Shown: piece by piece, positions 15,930 to 20,000 of the stretch
Layout of the letters: each line of letters begins with the position of its first letter
How positions within the stretch are numbered: the first letter of the stretch is position 1
Program-made: the position numbers and the translations under genes
DNA from: an uncultured virus (IMG/VR IMGVR_UViG_3300012007_000017)
Lineage: Duplodnaviria; Heunggongvirae; Uroviricota; Caudoviricetes
Direction: 5' to 3' (one strand)
Virus record (IMG/VR): IMGVR_UViG_3300012007_000017
Location: 46,154-66,153 of that record
DNA length: 20,000 bases
The notes under the pieces: generated by a model
Database searches by the model: none
What the model was told of the DNA's origin: nothing
What the model saw: only the letters and a program-made list of their open reading frames with translations

Positions 15930-16464
15930 AGGTCAACATGCGATCTTTAGTCCATCTACTCCAAGCTGGCTTCGCTATGATGAGGCAAAAATCAGAAGCT
16001 TCTTAGAAGCGAAAGAAGCAATGGTTCTTGGCACAAAGCTTCATGACTATGCTTGTCAGAGTATTCAGCTTGGACGCAACTTACCCAAAAGACCTGCTGA
16101 CACTGTATCGCTCTATGTCAACGACGCAATTAAGTACGGAATGACGCCAGAGCAATGCTTATATTTTTCACCAAGTGTCTTCGGACATGCGGATGCTATC
16201 AAATTTGATAGAGGACTCTTACGGATACACGACCTTAAAACAGGCGCGAATCCAGGCAAAATGGATCAGCTGCTAATCTACGATGCCCTGTTCTGTCTTG
16301 AGTATGGATACGATCCTCATAGCATTAAGCACAACTTGAGAATCTATCAGTACGACGACATTAACGAGGTTACGCCTGACCCAGACGAGATTGCACAAAT
16401 CATGGATCAGATTATTCGAGTTGATGACATCAAGACAGAAAGAGAGGAATCGATGTATGAATGA
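15901..16464 (+). CDS. PD-(D/E)XK (Cas4-like/DUF2800-like) exonuclease
   Basis: AAGGAGG RBS. Motifs HA.FSPS, GTKLH, E..LY, FG.ADAI, IHDLKTG and QL.IY. Confidence 0.8.
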   Translation: MKWNEHYRLKGQHAIFSPSTPSWLRYDEAKIRSFLEAKEAMVLGTKLHDYACQSIQLGRNLPKRPADTVSLYVNDAIKYGMTPEQCLYFSPSVFGHADAIKFDRGLLRIHDLKTGANPGKMDQLLIYDALFCLEYGYDPHSIKHNLRIYQYDDINEVTPDPDEIAQIMDQIIRVDDIKTEREESMYE

Positions 16465-19285
16465 ATTATATTCTAGATTAGTTGGACCTTTCTTAAGACA
16501 TGAAGGCAGAGGACGAGACGATCCAAGACTTGCCAGCGAATCTCAAAGAGGTTCTGGTCGTTATCCTAAGGACTCAGGTAAGAATCCTGGACAGCATCAG
16601 GATACTATTCCATGGAGCAGACGAGAAATCGATAGACTACGTGGAGAAGGTATCTCTATGGCTGAAATAGCCGAGATGTATGGCACAAGTCAGAATAAGT
16701 TAAGAGCTTATATTTCTCAGTCTAATGTTGAAAGAATTGCTGATGAAAGAGCCGAATGCATTAGACTCAGTAAAGAAAAAGGCATGTCTATTCGAGATAT
16801 TGCCAAAGAAACAGGTTTAACCCCTACCACTGTTCGAAATCGCCTTGCCGATTACACTCAGGCAAAGATCGATAAAGAAGAGAAGTATAAAGAGATCCTC
16901 AGAGAACAGATTGAAAAACATGGCCATCTCGATGTAGGACTTGGTAATGAGCACAATCTTGGTGTAAGCGAAACCAAGATGAAACAGCTTGTTCAGGCAC
17001 TTAAAGACGAAGGCTATGTCCTTAGTAAACCTCGTATTCCTCAGGCTGGCACCGGTTACGACACGCATTTGCTTGTTCTGTCTAAGAAAGGCACTCCCAA
17101 GAATTATATTTATAACCACATCGAAGAAATCAAGCCGATGGACGATTTAAACATCGTCGATCTTGGAGATGGTCCTAAAAAGAAGGAACTTCATGACCCT
17201 TTAAGTATCGATTCCAAGCGTTGTATGGTTCTTTACAACGAAGAAGGAGGATTAGCTAAAGACGGACTTGTTGAGCTTCGTAGAGGCGTTCCTGAACTCA
17301 ACCTTGGAAAGAGCAACTATGCCCAGGTTCGTATTGTTGTTGATAATTCGCATTATATTAAGGGGATGGCAGTATATTCTGACGATCTTCCCGAAGGTGT
17401 GGATATTCGCTTCAACACTAATAAGCACGAGGGAACGCCTATGCTTGGCGCTGATAAAGACAATACGGTCTTTAAGCCTCTTAAAGGCGAAGGACTGAAT
17501 GGATTTGGCGCTACGATTAGAGACCAGAATGAATGGGTTGATGACAAAGGCCAGACTCATTTTGGCGTTGTCAATATCGTAAAAGAACAGGGCGTTTGGG
17601 CAGACCAGCAGAAGACGCTTGCGTCCCAGTTCTTGAGTAAACAGCCCCATGCTCTAGCTAAAAAGCAGTTACAAATCGATTTGGATAATCGCAAGGACGA
17701 ATTTGACACAATCATGTCCCTTACTAATCCTGCGATTAAACAGCGCATGCTTAAGTCGTATGCTGACGAATGCGATGCTGCCGCAGTTCATTTAAAAGCT
17801 GCCGCAATTCCTAGGCAGGCATGGAATGTTATAATTCCGATGACTACGTTGAAGCCCAACGAAATCTATGCTCCTGGCTTTAAAGATGGCGAAGAAGTGG
17901 TTTGTATCCGATATCCTCATGGCGGTAAATTCGAGCTGGAACAGCTTATTGTTAATAATCGTTGTAAAGAAGGGCAACAGGTTATTGGCAAGACAGCCTT
18001 CGATGCTGTCGGAATCACTAAATCTTCTGCTGATAAGCTTTCAGGTGCTGATTTTGATGGCGACACGGTTCTTGTCATACCGAACCCCAAGCGCCCTACA
18101 AAGAACGGCAAATACACTTATGATATTCAGGTACGGCCCGCTCTTGAGGAGCTTAAGGACTTCGATCCCAAAGAAGAATACAAGGGATATCCTGGAATGA
18201 AGCGCATGTCTAGTGACAACACGCAGAGACAGATGGGAATTATATCTAATCTTATTACGGATATGACCATCCAGGGTGCTGATGACGACGAATTAGCTAG
18301 AGCCGTAAAGCATAGCATGGTCGTTATTGATGCCGAAAAGCATGGATTGGACTATCGTCGGTCATTCAAAGAAAACCGTATTGCTGAACTTAAGAAGAAA
18401 TATCAAAAGGGAGGCGGTGTAGCGACTCTGTTATCCAGAGCAAAAAGCCCTGATATGCAGCCACAGCGCGTGAGTAACCACCCTTATGATATTGACCCCG
18501 AGACGGGCCGTAAGATCTGGAATGTTCAGAAACCTAAGACTTATATTGGTAAGGATGGTCAGGAACATACTATACCCCCTCGCAACTTTAAATCAACCAA
18601 GATGCTTGAGACCGAGGATGCATATACGCTGGTTGGCGATAAAAACAACGTCATTGAAAGAATATATGCAGACTACGCTAATGAGTGCAAAGCACTTGGC
18701 AACCGGGCCCGTAAGGAGTTTCTTAAATCCACTAAAACTGAGAGTATTGAGTACAGCAAAGAGGCTGCACAATTATATTCTAAAGAAGTAGAGGATCTTA
18801 AGGCTAAACTGGTGGTTGCTGAGAAGAATGCACCCAGGGAGAGGGCGGCTCAGCGTCTTGCTGCACAGAAAGTTAAGATGGAAGCTGACGCCAGGGCTCT
18901 TGTCGGCAATGAGATGACCGAGGGAGAGAAACGTAAGCTCCTTGCTAAAGAGATAACCCCTGCTAGACGAATAGTAGGGGCCAAGAAACAGAGAATCATA
19001 TTTACAGATAGAGAGTGGGAAGCCATACAGAGTGGTGCCATTAATAAGACCACCCTCAATAAGCTCCTTAACAATGCTGATGAAGATGACTATAAGAAGC
19101 GGGCCACACCTAAGGAACGTAGAGGTCTTAGCGCTCGTAAAATAGCACTTGTTAAGCAGATGCTGGCAGATATGGACAACCCCAATAGCCGTCTGACCAT
19201 GGAGGATATCGCCAAGTACGTGGGGGTATCTAAGTCAACCATATCCTCCATAAATTTAGGCACCTATCAAGGAGGAAGTGAGTAA
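16457..19285 (+). CDS. Putative single-subunit two-barrel (YonO/cRdRP-like) DNA-dependent RNA polymerase with HTH domains
   Basis: GAGAGG RBS favours ATG 16457 (942 aa). LSGADFDGDTVLV with DFDGD at 18050-18064, upstream IRYPH, two N-terminal HTH-like segments and one C-terminal. Confidence 0.75.
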   Translation: MNELYSRLVGPFLRHEGRGRDDPRLASESQRGSGRYPKDSGKNPGQHQDTIPWSRREIDRLRGEGISMAEIAEMYGTSQNKLRAYISQSNVERIADERAECIRLSKEKGMSIRDIAKETGLTPTTVRNRLADYTQAKIDKEEKYKEILREQIEKHGHLDVGLGNEHNLGVSETKMKQLVQALKDEGYVLSKPRIPQAGTGYDTHLLVLSKKGTPKNYIYNHIEEIKPMDDLNIVDLGDGPKKKELHDPLSIDSKRCMVLYNEEGGLAKDGLVELRRGVPELNLGKSNYAQVRIVVDNSHYIKGMAVYSDDLPEGVDIRFNTNKHEGTPMLGADKDNTVFKPLKGEGLNGFGATIRDQNEWVDDKGQTHFGVVNIVKEQGVWADQQKTLASQFLSKQPHALAKKQLQIDLDNRKDEFDTIMSLTNPAIKQRMLKSYADECDAAAVHLKAAAIPRQAWNVIIPMTTLKPNEIYAPGFKDGEEVVCIRYPHGGKFELEQLIVNNRCKEGQQVIGKTAFDAVGITKSSADKLSGADFDGDTVLVIPNPKRPTKNGKYTYDIQVRPALEELKDFDPKEEYKGYPGMKRMSSDNTQRQMGIISNLITDMTIQGADDDELARAVKHSMVVIDAEKHGLDYRRSFKENRIAELKKKYQKGGGVATLLSRAKSPDMQPQRVSNHPYDIDPETGRKIWNVQKPKTYIGKDGQEHTIPPRNFKSTKMLETEDAYTLVGDKNNVIERIYADYANECKALGNRARKEFLKSTKTESIEYSKEAAQLYSKEVEDLKAKLVVAEKNAPRERAAQRLAAQKVKMEADARALVGNEMTEGEKRKLLAKEITPARRIVGAKKQRIIFTDREWEAIQSGAINKTTLNKLLNNADEDDYKKRATPKERRGLSARKIALVKQMLADMDNPNSRLTMEDIAKYVGVSKSTISSINLGTYQGGSE

Positions 19286-19563
19286 TGAGCAGAACGATTA
19301 CACAGTGGTGGCTCACTACCACAGACAATCCTTATGATCCTTTTGATGACTTCTGGAACTGGTGGCGCTTTGACGAGATTGAAAAGAAATACTGTACAAC
19401 AGGCCTTATGGCCCGGTTTGCTTCATGCCCAGACGACGCGCCTGCAGCCATGATACAGGAGTCCAATGAGCGTGCTATTGAGATTATCATGACAACAATA
19501 CCCTTGCTGTCTGATGAAGCCCAATACAAACCAGTTTGTAGACAAGCAGAAATAGACGAATAA
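19285..19563 (+). CDS. Conserved small phage protein coupled to the RNAP-like gene
   Basis: AGGAGG RBS and TAATG stop/start overlap. Contains LTTTDNPYDPFDDF..W..FD...Y.T.GL.AR. Confidence 0.85.
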   Translation: MSRTITQWWLTTTDNPYDPFDDFWNWWRFDEIEKKYCTTGLMARFASCPDDAPAAMIQESNERAIEIIMTTIPLLSDEAQYKPVCRQAEIDE

Positions 19564-19615
19564 AGTAGCTTTTTGCCGCTTACCTGTCACTTCTTTCTCC
19601 AAACCAATTGAATTT

Positions 19616-19658
19616 AGAGTTCAGAGATCGTTTTTGGTCTTTGAACTCTTGTTCTTTT
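19616..19658 (+). terminator. Long hairpin with U-rich tail; probable terminator
   Basis: AGAGTTCAGAGATCG-TTTT-TGGTCTTTGAACTCT forms a 15-bp stem including three G-U pairs, followed by TGTTCTTTT. Confidence 0.6.
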
Positions 19659-19968
19659 GGTTTAAAACAAGTTCTTTTGTGTAATTGTGAGTCTTTTAGA
19701 CTCTATCTATGCAGTTCCCTATTCGAACCCCATGCTTCTCAAATGGATACCATTGAATTAGAGCTTTGTTTGCTTTAAAAGCTTGTTCTTTGTTCACTTC
19801 TGATTGTTAATGAAGAACTTTTAGAGTTTTAAAACGCTTTTGTGTGCATTCATTTTGAGTTTTCAATCTGTTTAACGAATTAAAAACTGTTTTAAAAGCT
19901 TTTTAAAGCATTAACTTATCAATTTGTTAAACAAAATCGTTTCAATTTCAAATAGAAAGGTGCTTGTG

Positions 19969-20000
19969 ATGACAAAAACAATTGAAAAACATCAAAATTC
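19969..20000 (+). CDS. Possible gene start truncated by the window edge
   Basis: AGAAAGGTG RBS-like sequence, then ATG ACA AAA ACA ATT GAA..., open to the end. Only 10 codons are visible. Confidence 0.3.
   Translation, partial: MTKTIEKHQN

Noticed and set aside
15901..16464. Cas4-like gene as evidence for a CRISPR-Cas system
   Set aside because: No other cas genes or array, and no Fe-S cysteine cluster. Stand-alone PD-(D/E)XK exonucleases are routine in phage replication modules.
55..18779. TTATATT copies as ordinary sigma-A -10 boxes
   Set aside because: Most lie deep inside CDSs, I saw no consistent -35 or extended -10 element, and about 49 promoters in one co-directional block is implausible. 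A few could still act as -10 elements.
18..18791. Alternate-frame + strand ORFs (e.g. 18..224, 1266..1448, 2769..2969, 6818..7189, 10529..10825, 17868..18200)
   Set aside because: They are nested in better-supported genes and lack RBS or family motifs.
532..19529. All minus-strand ORFs in the track
   Set aside because: They are antisense shadows of well-supported + strand genes, with no recognisable motifs.
1..20000. tRNA/rRNA genes, integrase, transposase, intron or intein
   Set aside because: None recognisable by eye. The large ORFs are accounted for by their catalytic domains without obvious intein motifs.

Overview
This window is a co-directional (all + strand) segment of a tailed dsDNA phage or prophage genome. 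Strong AGGAGG/AAAGGAG ribosome-binding sites and the gene content suggest a Firmicutes (Clostridia-like) host. Layout: (1) about 25 small accessory genes at 1-9338, including an XRE HTH, a dATP/dGTP diphosphohydrolase-like domain, a nucleoside 2-deoxyribosyltransferase-like protein, DUF6275-, DUF1653- and DUF6353-like proteins and many small membrane proteins; (2) an iteron-like repeat cluster with an AT-rich stretch at 9263-9612, a probable replication origin; (3) a replication module with a 1367-aa SF3 helicase/AEP primase/3'-5' exonuclease/PolB-type fusion, an SSB, an SF2 helicase, a VRR-NUC nuclease and a PD-(D/E)XK exonuclease; (4) a roughly 942-aa protein carrying the two-barrel RNA polymerase motif GADFDGD plus three HTH-like segments, i.e. 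a probable single-subunit RNAP; (5) an AT-rich non-coding tail. From memory, not a search, the gene order resembles Lactococcus phage 1706 and ReqiPepy6-like phages. The most unusual nucleotide-level signals are about 49 strictly strand-polarised TTATATT motifs that occur in all codon phases, a recurring compact promoter-like motif (TTACA-N5-TRTARTAGA), and a repeated promoter-gene-terminator cassette design. All family names come from motif recognition and all counts were made by hand.
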